Source: Phyllobacteriaceae bacterium
GTDB taxonomy: Bacteria > Pseudomonadota > Alphaproteobacteria > Rhizobiales > Rhizobiaceae
Length of the DNA stretch: 64,000 nt
NCBI GenBank assembly: GCA_023954255.1
Contig: JAMLIH010000009.1
Location: forward strand, 4,502-68,501
Direction of reading: 5' to 3'
The notes under the pieces were generated by a model. It did no database searches, was not told the origin of the DNA, and saw nothing but the letters and a program-made list of their open reading frames with translations. Position 1 is the stretch's first letter. Each line of letters starts with the position of its first letter. A program made the translations under genes and the position numbers. Positions 29,875 through 39,885 of the stretch are shown piece by piece.

Positions 29875-31164
29875 ATGTCCAATCAGTTGCAAGAAAACCT
29901 GCACATGCATGAGGCGGTGGCCCCTGAAAGCCCGGCGGCCGGCGATCTCAACAAGATCCAGCTGGTGCCGCGCATCACGGTTCAGGCCTTCTGCGAAACG
30001 GAGATCGTCTCGCAGACCATCGACATGGCAGCCCGCGACCGCCGCATGTCGCGCGCCACGGTCAAGGTGCTCAATGGCGGCCTCGCCTCGGCAGTGGAAT
30101 ATTATCAGAGCGCGCCGACGCCAAACCTGATCATCATCGAGACCAGGCTGGGTGGCGGCGAACTGATGACCGGGCTCAGCCGACTGGCCGAGGTCTGCGA
30201 CATGGACACCAAGGTTATCGTCGTCGGTCACCGCAACGATATCACCGTCTATCGTGAACTGATCTCCAATGGTGTTTCCGACTATCTCGTCGCGCCGCTT
30301 TCCATGGCCGATCTGATGTCGGCCATCTCGGACATCTTCGTCGATCCCGAGGCCGGTCCGCTGGGCAAGATCCTGGCCTTTGTCGGCGCCAAGGGCGGCG
30401 TCGGCTCGTCAACCATCTGTCACAACGTCGCCTGGACGATTTCCAGCCGTTACAGCAGCGAGGTGATCCTGACCGATATGGACCTCGCCTTCGGTACGGC
30501 CAACATCAACCTCGACCAGGATCCGCCCCAGGGCATCGCCGAAGCAGTCTACTCGCCGGACCGGATGGACGACATCCTGCTCGACCGTCTGCTGGCGAAA
30601 TGCGCCGATCATCTCAACCTGCTGGCCGCGCCGTCGACGCTCGACCGCACCTACGACTTCACCCAGGACGCCTTCAACGGCGTGCTGGAAGTCGCCCAGC
30701 GCTCCTCACCGATGGTGGTGCTCGATCTGCCCCACCAGTGGACGGCCTGGACCAAGCACATTCTGTCGGTTGCCGATGAAGTGGTGATCACAGCCTCGCC
30801 GGAACTCGCCAATCTGCGCAATACCAAGAACCTGCTCGACAAGTTGTCCGAACTGCGTCCCAACGACACGCTTCCGAAACTGGTCATGAACCAGGTCGGC
30901 GTTCCCAAGCGGCCCGAGATCAGCGTCGCCGATTTCATCCGCCCGCTGGACGTACAGCCGGCAGCCGTCATTCCGTTCGATCCGGCGCTGTTCGGCATGG
31001 CTTCCAATAACGGCCAGATGATTTCCGAGGCCGATCCCAGGAGTTCGGTCGTCGGCAGCATCGAGTACCTGACCCAGCTTGTCACCGGCAAGGCCGAGAT
31101 GAAGGTGGAGAAGAAGGGGTCTCTCGGCATCCTGTCGAAGCTGAAACTGGGAAAGAAGAAATAG
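29875..31164 (+). CDS. cpaE: CpaE/TadZ pilus localisation protein (pseudo-receiver plus MinD-like ATPase)
   Basis: N-terminal receiver-like domain; deviant Walker A GAKGGVGSST. Confidence 0.94.
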   Translation: MSNQLQENLHMHEAVAPESPAAGDLNKIQLVPRITVQAFCETEIVSQTIDMAARDRRMSRATVKVLNGGLASAVEYYQSAPTPNLIIIETRLGGGELMTGLSRLAEVCDMDTKVIVVGHRNDITVYRELISNGVSDYLVAPLSMADLMSAISDIFVDPEAGPLGKILAFVGAKGGVGSSTICHNVAWTISSRYSSEVILTDMDLAFGTANINLDQDPPQGIAEAVYSPDRMDDILLDRLLAKCADHLNLLAAPSTLDRTYDFTQDAFNGVLEVAQRSSPMVVLDLPHQWTAWTKHILSVADEVVITASPELANLRNTKNLLDKLSELRPNDTLPKLVMNQVGVPKRPEISVADFIRPLDVQPAAVIPFDPALFGMASNNGQMISEADPRSSVVGSIEYLTQLVTGKAEMKVEKKGSLGILSKLKLGKKK

Positions 31165-31203
31165 CACTGGCGACATTTGTCAGGAGTTAGTCAGAGGTAG
31201 GAA

Positions 31204-32703
31204 ATGTTCGGCAAACGCGGCGTTAATCAGGGAAATACGGCAGGCTTCAAGGCTCCGCCCACGGCTCCCGAGCTGGAAAAGAAGGACGTGCCAGCTGCAG
31301 CACCGGCGGCGCCCGAAAGGGAGAAGGCTGCCGTATCGGCGGCTGCCGTCGAACGCGTTGAAAAGGCGGTTGCCAAGCCGGCACCGCCCAAGCCGATGAT
31401 CAAGGAAAAGACGGAAGAATACTACGACACCAAGTCGAGTGTTTTCACCGCCCTGATCGACACGATCGACCTGGGGCAGCTTTCCCGCATGGAAGCCGAT
31501 GCCGCGCGCGAGGAAATCCGCGACATCGTCAACGACATCATCTCGATCAAGAATCTCGCGATGTCGATTTCCGAGCAGGAGGAACTGCTCGAGGACATCT
31601 GTAACGACGTTCTGGGTTACGGCCCGCTGGAGCCGCTGCTCGCCCGTGACGACATCGCCGACATCATGATCAACGGCGCCAAGCAGACCTTCATCGAGGT
31701 CGATGGCAAGGTTGAACAGGCCGGCATTCGCTTCCGCGACAATTCCCAGCTGATGAACATCTGCCAGCGGATCGTCAGCCAGGTCGGCCGCCGGGTCGAT
31801 GAATCGAGCCCGATCTGCGACGCGCGCCTGCCCGACGGTTCACGCGTCAACGTGATCGCGCCGCCGCTGGCCATCGATGGCCCGGCACTGACCATTCGTA
31901 AGTTCAAAAAGGACAAGCTGACCCTCGACCAGCTGGTCAAGTTCGGTTCGATCACGCCGGAAGGCGCGCAAATCCTGCAGATCATCGGCCGGGTGCGCTG
32001 CAACGTGATCATTTCCGGCGGTACCGGCTCGGGCAAGACCACGCTGCTCAACTGTCTGACCGGCTATATCGATCAGGACGAGCGCATCATCACCTGCGAG
32101 GACTCGGCAGAGCTTCAGCTCCAGCAGCCCCATGTGGTTCGTCTGGAAACCCGCCCGCCCAACCTTGAGGGCGAAGGCCAGATCACCATGACCGATCTGG
32201 TGAAGAACTGCCTGCGCATGCGTCCCGAACGCATCATCGTCGGCGAGGTTCGCGGACCCGAAGTATTCGACCTTCTGCAGGCCATGAACACCGGTCACGA
32301 CGGCTCGATGGGCACGATCCACGCCAACTCGCCGCGCGAGTGCCTAAACCGTATGGAATCGATGATCGCGATGGGCGGCTTTTCCCTGCCTGCCAAAACC
32401 GTGCGCGAAATCATCGTCGGCTCGGTCGACATCATCATTCAGGCCTCCCGCCTGAGGGATGGCTCGCGCCGCATAACCCATATCACCGAGGTAATCGGCC
32501 TGGAGGGCGAGGTCATCACCACGCAGGATCTGTTCATCTACAAGATGGACGGCGAGGACGCCAACGGCAAGATCATCGGCAAGCACGTCTCAACCGGTAT
32601 CGGCCGGCCCCATTTCTGGGACCGTGCACGCTATTACAACGAGGAATCCCGCCTGGCAGCCGCGCTGGATGCCGCGGAGCAGGAAGGCCAGCAGGGAATC
32701 TAA
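31204..32703 (+). CDS. cpaF: CpaF/TadA pilus assembly ATPase
   Basis: [23 protein letters not shown] and MNTGHDGS motifs. Confidence 0.97.
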   Translation: MFGKRGVNQGNTAGFKAPPTAPELEKKDVPAAAPAAPEREKAAVSAAAVERVEKAVAKPAPPKPMIKEKTEEYYDTKSSVFTALIDTIDLGQLSRMEADAAREEIRDIVNDIISIKNLAMSISEQEELLEDICNDVLGYGPLEPLLARDDIADIMINGAKQTFIEVDGKVEQAGIRFRDNSQLMNICQRIVSQVGRRVDESSPICDARLPDGSRVNVIAPPLAIDGPALTIRKFKKDKLTLDQLVKFGSITPEGAQILQIIGRVRCNVIISGGTGSGKTTLLNCLTGYIDQDERIITCEDSAELQLQQPHVVRLETRPPNLEGEGQITMTDLVKNCLRMRPERIIVGEVRGPEVFDLLQAMNTGHDGSMGTIHANSPRECLNRMESMIAMGGFSLPAKTVREIIVGSVDIIIQASRLRDGSRRITHITEVIGLEGEVITTQDLFIYKMDGEDANGKIIGKHVSTGIGRPHFWDRARYYNEESRLAAALDAAEQEGQQGI

Positions 32704-32707
32704 GCCG

Positions 32708-33709
32708 ATGTTCGGACTGGACCTCACCGTTATCGCCATCATGGCTCTGGCAGCCCTTGCCTTTGGCGGCATCATCTTCGCCGTCATGTTCAACCGTATC
32801 TCGGCTGAGGCGAACCAGGCACGCCGGTTCAACAACATCAAGGAACGTGACCAGTTCAAGGCGTCCAATGCCACCGCGCGCATCCAGGATGCCGCAAAAC
32901 GGCGCAAGACGGTTCAGGATTCGCTGAAGGAACTGGAAGAAAAGCAGAAGGCGAAGCACGGCACCAAGGTCACGCTGAAAAAGATGATCGAGCAGTCGGG
33001 ACTGAAGATCACCCTTAGCCAGTTTTACATCCTCAGCGGTGTTTTCGGGGTTCTGTGCGGCTTTGCAGCGTTGTTTTCCGGCTTTAACTTCATCGTCATT
33101 CTCGGCGCCATTTTCGTCGGTGCGCTGGGCGTGCCACGCTGGTTTGTGTCCTTCACGCGCAAGCGCCGTTTCAAGGCGTTTCTCGATGAATTCCCGAACG
33201 CGATCGATGTCATCGTGCGCGGCGTCAAGGCGGGTCTTCCACTCAACGACTGCATGGCCATCATCGCCCGCGAGGCCAAGGATCCCGTCCGCTCCGAATT
33301 CGGCCGCATCGTCGAGTCCCAGAAAATGGGCCTGACCATGGGCGATGCCATCGGCAAACTGTACCAGAACGTGCCGTTGGCCGAGGCCAACTTCTTCGGC
33401 ATCGTTGTTGCGATTCAGGAATCGGCCGGCGGTAACCTCTCCGAGGCGCTTTCGAACCTTTCCGGTGTTCTGCGTGACCGCAAGAAGCTGAACAACAAGA
33501 TCAAGGCAGTCTCCTCGGAGGCCAAGGCGTCGGCCGGCATCATCGGCTCGCTTCCGATGTGCGTGTCGGTCCTGATCTACCTGACGACACCGGACTACAT
33601 TTCGCTGCTGTTCACCCATTCGACCGGGCACATGATCCTGGGCGCATCGGCGATCTGGATGTCGATGGGCATCCTGGTGATGAAAAACATGATCAACTTC
33701 GACTTCTGA
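32708..33709 (+). CDS. tadB: TadB inner-membrane platform protein
   Basis: FPNAIDVIVRGVKAG and SAGGNLSEAL motifs. Start re-set to MFGLD. Confidence 0.94.
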   Translation: MFGLDLTVIAIMALAALAFGGIIFAVMFNRISAEANQARRFNNIKERDQFKASNATARIQDAAKRRKTVQDSLKELEEKQKAKHGTKVTLKKMIEQSGLKITLSQFYILSGVFGVLCGFAALFSGFNFIVILGAIFVGALGVPRWFVSFTRKRRFKAFLDEFPNAIDVIVRGVKAGLPLNDCMAIIAREAKDPVRSEFGRIVESQKMGLTMGDAIGKLYQNVPLAEANFFGIVVAIQESAGGNLSEALSNLSGVLRDRKKLNNKIKAVSSEAKASAGIIGSLPMCVSVLIYLTTPDYISLLFTHSTGHMILGASAIWMSMGILVMKNMINFDF

Positions 33710-33723
33710 CCGGAGCGGCAGGT

Positions 33724-34704
33724 TTGGGCAATCTTCTTTCCATCGTACTAGAGCCTCAGAACCTTCTGGCGATTCTCGCTTCGCTGGCAGTCTTTGCCAC
33801 GATCCTGACCATCGCCATGCCGGTGCTGCAGCGCGACGAACTGGCGGACCGGATGAACTCCGTTGTCATCGAGCGCGACAAGATCCGCCAGCGCGAGCGC
33901 GAACGCCTTGCCGAGGAGAAGAAACGCGGTTCACTGAAGCAGACCGACGCCGGCTTCATGAAAGACTTTGTCGACCGCTTCAACCTGAAGAAGGCGCTTG
34001 CCGACGAGTCGACCTTCAGCGCGCTCAAGATGGCGGGTTACCGCAAGCAGTCGCACATCTATGTCTTTCTGTTTTTCAGGCTCGTCCTGCCTTTCATCAT
34101 GCTGGTGGTTGCGAGCATCTACGTTTTTGCCGTTGCCGACCTGCAGTACACGTTCATGATGAAACTGGCGATCGTCCTGGGCGTCGCCTATGCCGGCTTC
34201 TATGCACCGATTGTCTTCGTCAGAAACCAGGTCTCGAAACGGCAGCTCTCGATCCGCCGCGCCTGGCCCGATTCGCTCGACCTGCTGCTGATCTGTGTCG
34301 AATCCGGCATGACCATGGAATCGGCGCTGCGCAAGGTGGCGGTCGAAATCGGTACCAACTCGGCACCGCTGGCAGAGGAACTGGTTCTGACCAATGCGGA
34401 ACTCTCCTATCTCCAGGAGCGCCGCCAGGCCTATGAAAACCTCGCTTTGCGCACCGGACTTGAGGGAGTGAAATCGGTCACCATGGCGCTGATCCAGGCA
34501 GAGCGCTACGGCACGCCGCTGGGCAATGCCCTGCGCGTCCTGGCTCAGGAAAACCGGGATCAGCGTATGGCCGATGCCGAAAAGAAAGCAGCTTCCCTTC
34601 CGCCGAAACTGACCGTGCCGATGATCGTCTTCTTCCTGCCGGTCCTGTTCGCCGTCATCCTCGGCCCGGCCATCATCCGCCTGACGGAAAAAGACATCTT
34701 CTGA
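33724..34704 (+). CDS. tadC: TadC inner-membrane platform protein
   Basis: WPDSLDLLLICVESG, AERYGTPL and LPPKLTVPM motifs. Probable TTG start at 33724. Confidence 0.93.
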   Translation: MGNLLSIVLEPQNLLAILASLAVFATILTIAMPVLQRDELADRMNSVVIERDKIRQRERERLAEEKKRGSLKQTDAGFMKDFVDRFNLKKALADESTFSALKMAGYRKQSHIYVFLFFRLVLPFIMLVVASIYVFAVADLQYTFMMKLAIVLGVAYAGFYAPIVFVRNQVSKRQLSIRRAWPDSLDLLLICVESGMTMESALRKVAVEIGTNSAPLAEELVLTNAELSYLQERRQAYENLALRTGLEGVKSVTMALIQAERYGTPLGNALRVLAQENRDQRMADAEKKAASLPPKLTVPMIVFFLPVLFAVILGPAIIRLTEKDIF

Positions 34705-34810
34705 TCCTGACCGCCGCAGTCTGCCGGTAGTGCGAAAATCCGTCCGGCCGGTCGACAATCGCGCTGATTCCCCTCTATTTTGGGCATGCTTTGCCTTGGG
34801 GGAGGAACCT

Positions 34811-35176
34811 TTGCGATATCATCATCTTTATTCGGACGAGAGCGGTGAAAGCCGCTGGAGAGAGGTCGAAGTCGAGCTGGAGGAGCATGTCTTCGCACCG
34901 CCTGCCCATGACATCCATATTTCCGGCGCGATACCGGCCAAAGCCATGCTGTTTCTGAGGTTGCACGCCGGATGGAACGAGCCTGCCCACCAGACGCCCG
35001 TTAGGCAGACCCTTGTCTGCCTGTCGGGAAAAGTCGTTGTGACGGCAAGCGATGGCGATGAGCGCGAAATAGGCCCCGGGGATGTATGGCGGATGGAGGA
35101 TCTGTCCGGAAAGGGGCACCACACGCGTGTCGTTGGAGACACGGACTTCGACGCCGTCATCGTTCAGGAGGGTTGA
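34811..35176 (+). CDS. Cupin-fold protein
   Basis: GGAGG RBS and TTG start; YSDESGES, GPGDVWRMEDLSGKGHHT. Confidence 0.75.
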   Translation: MRYHHLYSDESGESRWREVEVELEEHVFAPPAHDIHISGAIPAKAMLFLRLHAGWNEPAHQTPVRQTLVCLSGKVVVTASDGDEREIGPGDVWRMEDLSGKGHHTRVVGDTDFDAVIVQEG

Positions 35177-35213
35177 GAAAAACCGGCTTGGGAGGAAAAG
35201 GCCGCGACTGGGC

Positions 35214-36005
35214 TCAGTTGGCCTTCTTGTCTTCCTCTTTCAGGATGTTCCAGGCGTTCTGCTGGGAGAGCATCTGGCGAAGGTATTCCACATTGGCCTT
35301 GGCATCCGACGGGCTCATCTCGGCTGCGGCGATGCGCTCCGCCTCGTCGAACCGGCCCTGAAGACCGACGACCAGCGCGAGATTCTGGCGCACACGGCTG
35401 TCCGCCTTGCGCGTCGCAACGGCCATTTTCAGATATTGCTCGGCCTTCGGAAGTTCGTTCGTCAGCAGATAGGACATGCCGAGATTGGACAGAATGGAAG
35501 GTTCGTCCGGCACGATCTGCAGCGCTTTCTGATAGTAGACCCGGGCCTCCTCAGGCCGTTCGAGCTGATCCAGCACGGCACCCTGGGCCGACATCAGCCG
35601 CCAGTCCGGCCGGTCGGCGTGCTGGGCACGGCCGATCACGTCGAGCGCCTTCTGCAGTTCGCCGTTGGAGGCCAGCGCCTTGCCATAGGCGGCAAGCACG
35701 TCATTGTCTTCCGGATGATGGATGACCATCTGCTGCATCACCGCAAGCGCCTGATCGGTGCGCCCGGCGGTGCGCAGGGCATCGGCATAATCGAGGCCGG
35801 CCTGTTTGCTTTTCGGCCGCCGCTCATACTGCTTGCCATAGACTTCGATTGCCCGGTTGAGCTCCGGTACGGAGAGTTCGGAAACCGGCGCGCTGCTTTG
35901 CCTGACGCTGCCGGTACGGGTCTTGTCCGTTGCGCAGGCTGAAAGCGCCAGTGCGCCGGCAAGCACCATGACAATGGAGGATTTTCGATTTATCTCGAAC
36001 AACAT
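35214..36005 (-). CDS. tadD: TPR lipoprotein, TadD/CpaO-type pilotin
   Basis: Lipobox LSAC, several TPR repeats, VRQNLALVVGLQG; located at the end of the tad locus. Confidence 0.85.
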   Translation of the reverse strand: MLFEINRKSSIVMVLAGALALSACATDKTRTGSVRQSSAPVSELSVPELNRAIEVYGKQYERRPKSKQAGLDYADALRTAGRTDQALAVMQQMVIHHPEDNDVLAAYGKALASNGELQKALDVIGRAQHADRPDWRLMSAQGAVLDQLERPEEARVYYQKALQIVPDEPSILSNLGMSYLLTNELPKAEQYLKMAVATRKADSRVRQNLALVVGLQGRFDEAERIAAAEMSPSDAKANVEYLRQMLSQQNAWNILKEEDKKAN

Positions 36006-36060
36006 ACCACGATTCCCGAATCACCATGGCCCAAGGGCTGATGCTTCGAGCAATAATCTG

Positions 36061-36081
36061 TTAACCCTAATGGAAGGTTAA
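36061..36081. promoter_or_regulatory. CtrA-like box CTAA-N7-TTAA (36067-36081) plus a TTAAC half-site at 36061
   Basis: ttaaccctaatggaaggttaa, upstream of tadD. Confidence 0.55.
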
Positions 36082-36133
36082 TTCGGCCAGCACGGCCGCA
36101 CATCTGAAACAGCCTGCCAGACACGGAAACAAG

Positions 36134-37525
36134 ATGGCCCCTTACAAGTTGCCCTTCCTCACCGCTGCCAAATCCCGCGCCAAAAAGGCCGTTTCCGTCA
36201 TCGGTGTCGATGCACGGTCCCTGGCGCAGGCAAAGGAAGGGTTTTCAGCAGCCCAAAGGAAATGGATTAATTCCAACGGTTACACCGCCAAACCCGGCGA
36301 GGTTCTGATCGTGCCGGACGAAAAGGGGGATATTGCGTCGGTGCTTTTCGGCTTCGGCAGCGATGTCACGCCGCTCAACACCGGCACTCTGGCAAACAGG
36401 CTGCCGAAGGGCTGTTACAGGCTGGAACTGGAAGGCGACCTGCAGACGGCAGCGCTCGGCATTGCGCTGGGCGCCTACCGCTTCACCCGCTACAGGGAGC
36501 ACAAGCCATCGGAGGCCGTGTTCATTCCGCCCGATGGCGTCGATCTGGAGCAGCTTTCCCGTGAAGCGGAAGCAATCTCTTTCGTTCGGGATCTGATCAA
36601 CACGCCAACCAACGACATGGGCCCTTCCGAACTGGAAGCTGCGACGCGCAAACTTGCCGGGCGTTCCAAGGCAGTGGTGCGCGTGACCAGAGGCGACGAC
36701 CTGCTGAAGAAGAACTTCCCCATGATCCATGCGGTCGGAAGGGCAAGTGGCTCCGCGCCACGCCTGCTCGACATGCAGTGGGGCAGGGCGAAGGACCCGA
36801 AGGTAACCCTGGTCGGCAAGGGCGTGTGCTTCGATACCGGCGGCCTCAACATCAAGCCGGGCAGTTCCATGGCGCTGATGAAGAAGGATATGGGTGGCGC
36901 GGCCAATGTGCTGGGCCTCGCCATGATGATCATGGCGGCAAAACTGCCGGTCCGGCTGCGGGTTCTGGTTCCGGCGGTGGAGAACTCGATTTCCGGCAAT
37001 GCTTTCAGGCCGGGAGACATCCTGCAAAGCCGCAAGGGGATTACCGTTGAGATCGGCAATACCGATGCCGAAGGCCGGCTGGTGCTTGGCGATGCGCTTG
37101 CCCTGGGCGACGAGGAAAAGCCGCAGCTGATGGTGGACATGGCAACGCTGACGGGTGCTGCCCGGGTGGCGCTCGGCCCCGACCTGCCGCCGTTCTTCAC
37201 CGACGACGAGAGCCTCGCCAGCGGGCTTTCCGCAGCCAGTTCTGCGCTGCATGATCCATTGTGGCGGATGCCGCTTTGGAAACCCTACAATACCATGCTT
37301 TCCTCGAAGGTGGCGGACACCAACCACATCACCTCCGGCGGGTTTGCCGGCTCGGTAACGGCAGCACTCTTCCTGCAGAAGTTCGTTGAACCTGCAACGC
37401 CGTGGATTCATCTCGATGTCTTCGGCTGGATGCCCACGGCCAAGCCCTGGTGCCCGGTGGGCGGCGAGGCACAGGGCATCCGCGCGCTTTATCAACTCAT
37501 CTCCGAGCGGTTCGCCAGGGCATAA
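36134..37525 (+). CDS. M17 family leucyl aminopeptidase (PepB-like)
   Basis: LVGKGVCFDTGG, MKKDMGGAA, NTDAEGRL and ATLTGA motifs. Confidence 0.95.
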   Translation: MAPYKLPFLTAAKSRAKKAVSVIGVDARSLAQAKEGFSAAQRKWINSNGYTAKPGEVLIVPDEKGDIASVLFGFGSDVTPLNTGTLANRLPKGCYRLELEGDLQTAALGIALGAYRFTRYREHKPSEAVFIPPDGVDLEQLSREAEAISFVRDLINTPTNDMGPSELEAATRKLAGRSKAVVRVTRGDDLLKKNFPMIHAVGRASGSAPRLLDMQWGRAKDPKVTLVGKGVCFDTGGLNIKPGSSMALMKKDMGGAANVLGLAMMIMAAKLPVRLRVLVPAVENSISGNAFRPGDILQSRKGITVEIGNTDAEGRLVLGDALALGDEEKPQLMVDMATLTGAARVALGPDLPPFFTDDESLASGLSAASSALHDPLWRMPLWKPYNTMLSSKVADTNHITSGGFAGSVTAALFLQKFVEPATPWIHLDVFGWMPTAKPWCPVGGEAQGIRALYQLISERFARA

Positions 37526-37664
37526 AGCTGCGCTCTTGCGGCAGCCACAATCACACAGTCGGGCAATTGCGATTTCGACGGAATCGGGAAATCGAAATGC
37601 GCAAACGAATTCAGTAGCTTGTTGAAGCTGCCTATTTGCACCGAAAGGCAAAACGGTCTAGCCT

Positions 37665-37690
37665 GTTACGGATACGAAACGAACCGTAAC
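37665..37690. promoter_or_regulatory. Inverted repeat GTTACGG-N12-CCGTAAC, candidate MarR operator
   Basis: Perfect 7-bp arms ending 8 bp before the marR ATG. Confidence 0.5.
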
Positions 37691-37698
37691 GGGATCAT

Positions 37699-38043
37699 AT
37701 GGATATCAGGGCGGATCAGGCCTTGCGCTGGTGGAAGCGGGTTTGCCTCGAGCAGGTGCTCGACGACAGGCCCGATCTGACCCTGCGCCAGTTGACCATT
37801 CTGCTGACCATCTATCTCGATCCGCCGCCGCATACGGTACGAGGCCTTGCTGCCCGGCTCGGGGTAACCAAGCCGGTTATCACCCGCGCACTCAACGCCA
37901 TGGGGGCGATGGGTCTGGTGGAACGCCGCCGCGACGAACGCGACCGCCGCAACGTTCTGGTTCGCCGCACCGTGGAAGGCAGTCTGTTTTTGGAAAAACT
38001 GTCCGACACCATTGTCATTGCAGCCAGGGAAGAACTTCGATGA
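37699..38043 (+). CDS. MarR-like winged-helix regulator
   Basis: TVRGLAARLGVTKPVITRAL HTH and RDERDRR wing. Confidence 0.88.
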   Translation: MDIRADQALRWWKRVCLEQVLDDRPDLTLRQLTILLTIYLDPPPHTVRGLAARLGVTKPVITRALNAMGAMGLVERRRDERDRRNVLVRRTVEGSLFLEKLSDTIVIAAREELR

Positions 38044-38921
38044 ACCGGCATGCACCTTCGACCGGCTGGCCGCAACTGGGTTCCGATGATCCGCGGCTGC
38101 ATCTTTCCGAAGCGGAAAAACAGGCCGCCGAACCTGGCTGGATTGCCCGGTTCTTTGCCGATCTGAAACGTGTGCCGGAGGCAGGAGCCGGTCTCGACAC
38201 GCAGATCCTGCATGGCGAGAACGTGCTCAAGGTCGATGGCGCCAATGGCTGGACGAAAATCCAGGCCCGGCGGAACGGGTATGTCGGCTGGGTACCGGAT
38301 GATGTGTTGAGCGAAGGCGAGCGTATACCCACCCATTTTGTCTCGGTGCCACGCACCTTTTTGTATCCGGGACCGGACATGAAATTGCCGCGCAGCGGTT
38401 ATCGCTCGCTCGGTTCCGGCGTCGTGGTGACGGAGCGGGCAGAAACCCGCGGCACGCAGTACGCCATTCTCGATAGCGGCGAGGCAGTCATCCCCAGTCA
38501 TCTTGTCGAGGTAGGCGATCCTGCTGCCGATTATGTTTCCGTTGCCGAAACCCTGCTACGAACGCCCTATCTGTGGGGCGGCAGCACGGCCTTCGGCATC
38601 GATTGCTCAGGTCTCGTTTCCCTTGCCATGCAGATGGCAGGCATCGACGTCCTGCGCGATTCCGACATGCAGGCGGCAACCATCGGTGAGCCGGTTGCAA
38701 TCTGCCCCGACTGGAGCGATCTGAAGCGCGGCGACCTCCTCTTCTGGCGCGGCCATGTGGCCATCGCCCAGGGAGAGATCGGCGGGCAGCAGCACATGCT
38801 GCATGCCAATGGGCATACCATGGACGTTGCCAGCGAATCGGTGGCAGAGGCTGTCCTGCGCATCGAACATCTCTACGAGAAACCGATTGGCGTGCGCCGC
38901 CCGGCAAGACTCGGCGCTTAA
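38040..38921 (+). CDS. NlpC/P60 (C40) peptidase with N-terminal SH3-like domains and no signal peptide
   Basis: PYLWGG, GIDCSGL, GDLLFWRGHVAI and MLHA motifs; ATG 38040 overlaps the marR stop. Confidence 0.92.
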   Translation: MNRHAPSTGWPQLGSDDPRLHLSEAEKQAAEPGWIARFFADLKRVPEAGAGLDTQILHGENVLKVDGANGWTKIQARRNGYVGWVPDDVLSEGERIPTHFVSVPRTFLYPGPDMKLPRSGYRSLGSGVVVTERAETRGTQYAILDSGEAVIPSHLVEVGDPAADYVSVAETLLRTPYLWGGSTAFGIDCSGLVSLAMQMAGIDVLRDSDMQAATIGEPVAICPDWSDLKRGDLLFWRGHVAIAQGEIGGQQHMLHANGHTMDVASESVAEAVLRIEHLYEKPIGVRRPARLGA

Positions 38922-39871
38922 TAACCGAGCGAGCGGTCGACGACGTTTTCCAGCGCCTCACCCGCTTCAAACCGGGCAATCTGTCTTGCCACGTAATGGC
39001 CCAGCGCCTCGATGTCCGAGACCGCTGCTGCATGGGGCGTCAGGATTGCCTGTTCGAACCCCCAGAGCGGACTGTCTTCCGCAAGCGGTTCCTGTTCGAA
39101 TACGTCGAGCGATACGCTGCCCAGAGTTCCGTCTTCAAGGCAGGCGATGATGTCCGCTTCCACCTGGCTCCCACCGCGCCCGGCGTTGATGAAGACCGGA
39201 CTGGCGATTTCCTCGTGGCGGTGCAGTTTCGAAAAGACGTCCCGGTTGAAAATGCCTCTCGTCTCGCTGGTCAGCGGCAGCAGGCCGACAAGCATGTGGG
39301 TGCGGGAAAGAAAGGGATCGAGCCTGCCTGCGCCGAACACCTCGATGCCGTCCACCGGTCTGCCGCTGCGGCTCCAGCCGATCACGTTGAAGCCGAGAGT
39401 CTTCAGCTTGCGTGCGGCGTCCCGGCCCAGTTCGCCAAGTCCCATGATGCCGACGGTGATGTCGCTCGCCTGAGGCTGCGGAAGTTCCTGCCAAAGCCGC
39501 TCGCGCTGCTGGCGGTCATAGTTTCTCTGCTGGCGCAGATGCATCAGGCATTGCAGGCATACCCATTCGCTCATGCGGGTCGTCAGTGTGTGGTCGACGA
39601 AACGCACGATGGGCACATCGGGCAGATAGTCAGACTGGAAAATATGATCGACCCCTGCGCCGAGGGAGAACAGCACCCTGAGATCCGGCAGCCGGGTAAA
39701 CAGCTTGCCATCCGGCTTCCATACCAACGCATAGTGCACCCCGGAAAAGGTCTCAGGGTGGCCTCCGCCATCGTTGATATCGATGACTTCACGTCCGCCA
39801 AGCGTCGACCGCAGCCGGTCGAACTTGCGGCTGTTTTCGAACTTGATGTCGATGAGAAGCGGAGAGGACAT
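38918..39871 (-). CDS. ghrA: Glyoxylate/hydroxypyruvate reductase A (D-2-hydroxyacid dehydrogenase)
   Basis: SLGAGVDH, GIMGLGELG, INAGRG and LTPHAA motifs. Confidence 0.9.
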   Translation of the reverse strand: MSSPLLIDIKFENSRKFDRLRSTLGGREVIDINDGGGHPETFSGVHYALVWKPDGKLFTRLPDLRVLFSLGAGVDHIFQSDYLPDVPIVRFVDHTLTTRMSEWVCLQCLMHLRQQRNYDRQQRERLWQELPQPQASDITVGIMGLGELGRDAARKLKTLGFNVIGWSRSGRPVDGIEVFGAGRLDPFLSRTHMLVGLLPLTSETRGIFNRDVFSKLHRHEEIASPVFINAGRGGSQVEADIIACLEDGTLGSVSLDVFEQEPLAEDSPLWGFEQAILTPHAAAVSDIEALGHYVARQIARFEAGEALENVVDRSLGY

Positions 39872-39885
39872 TGTATCCGGTCAGT

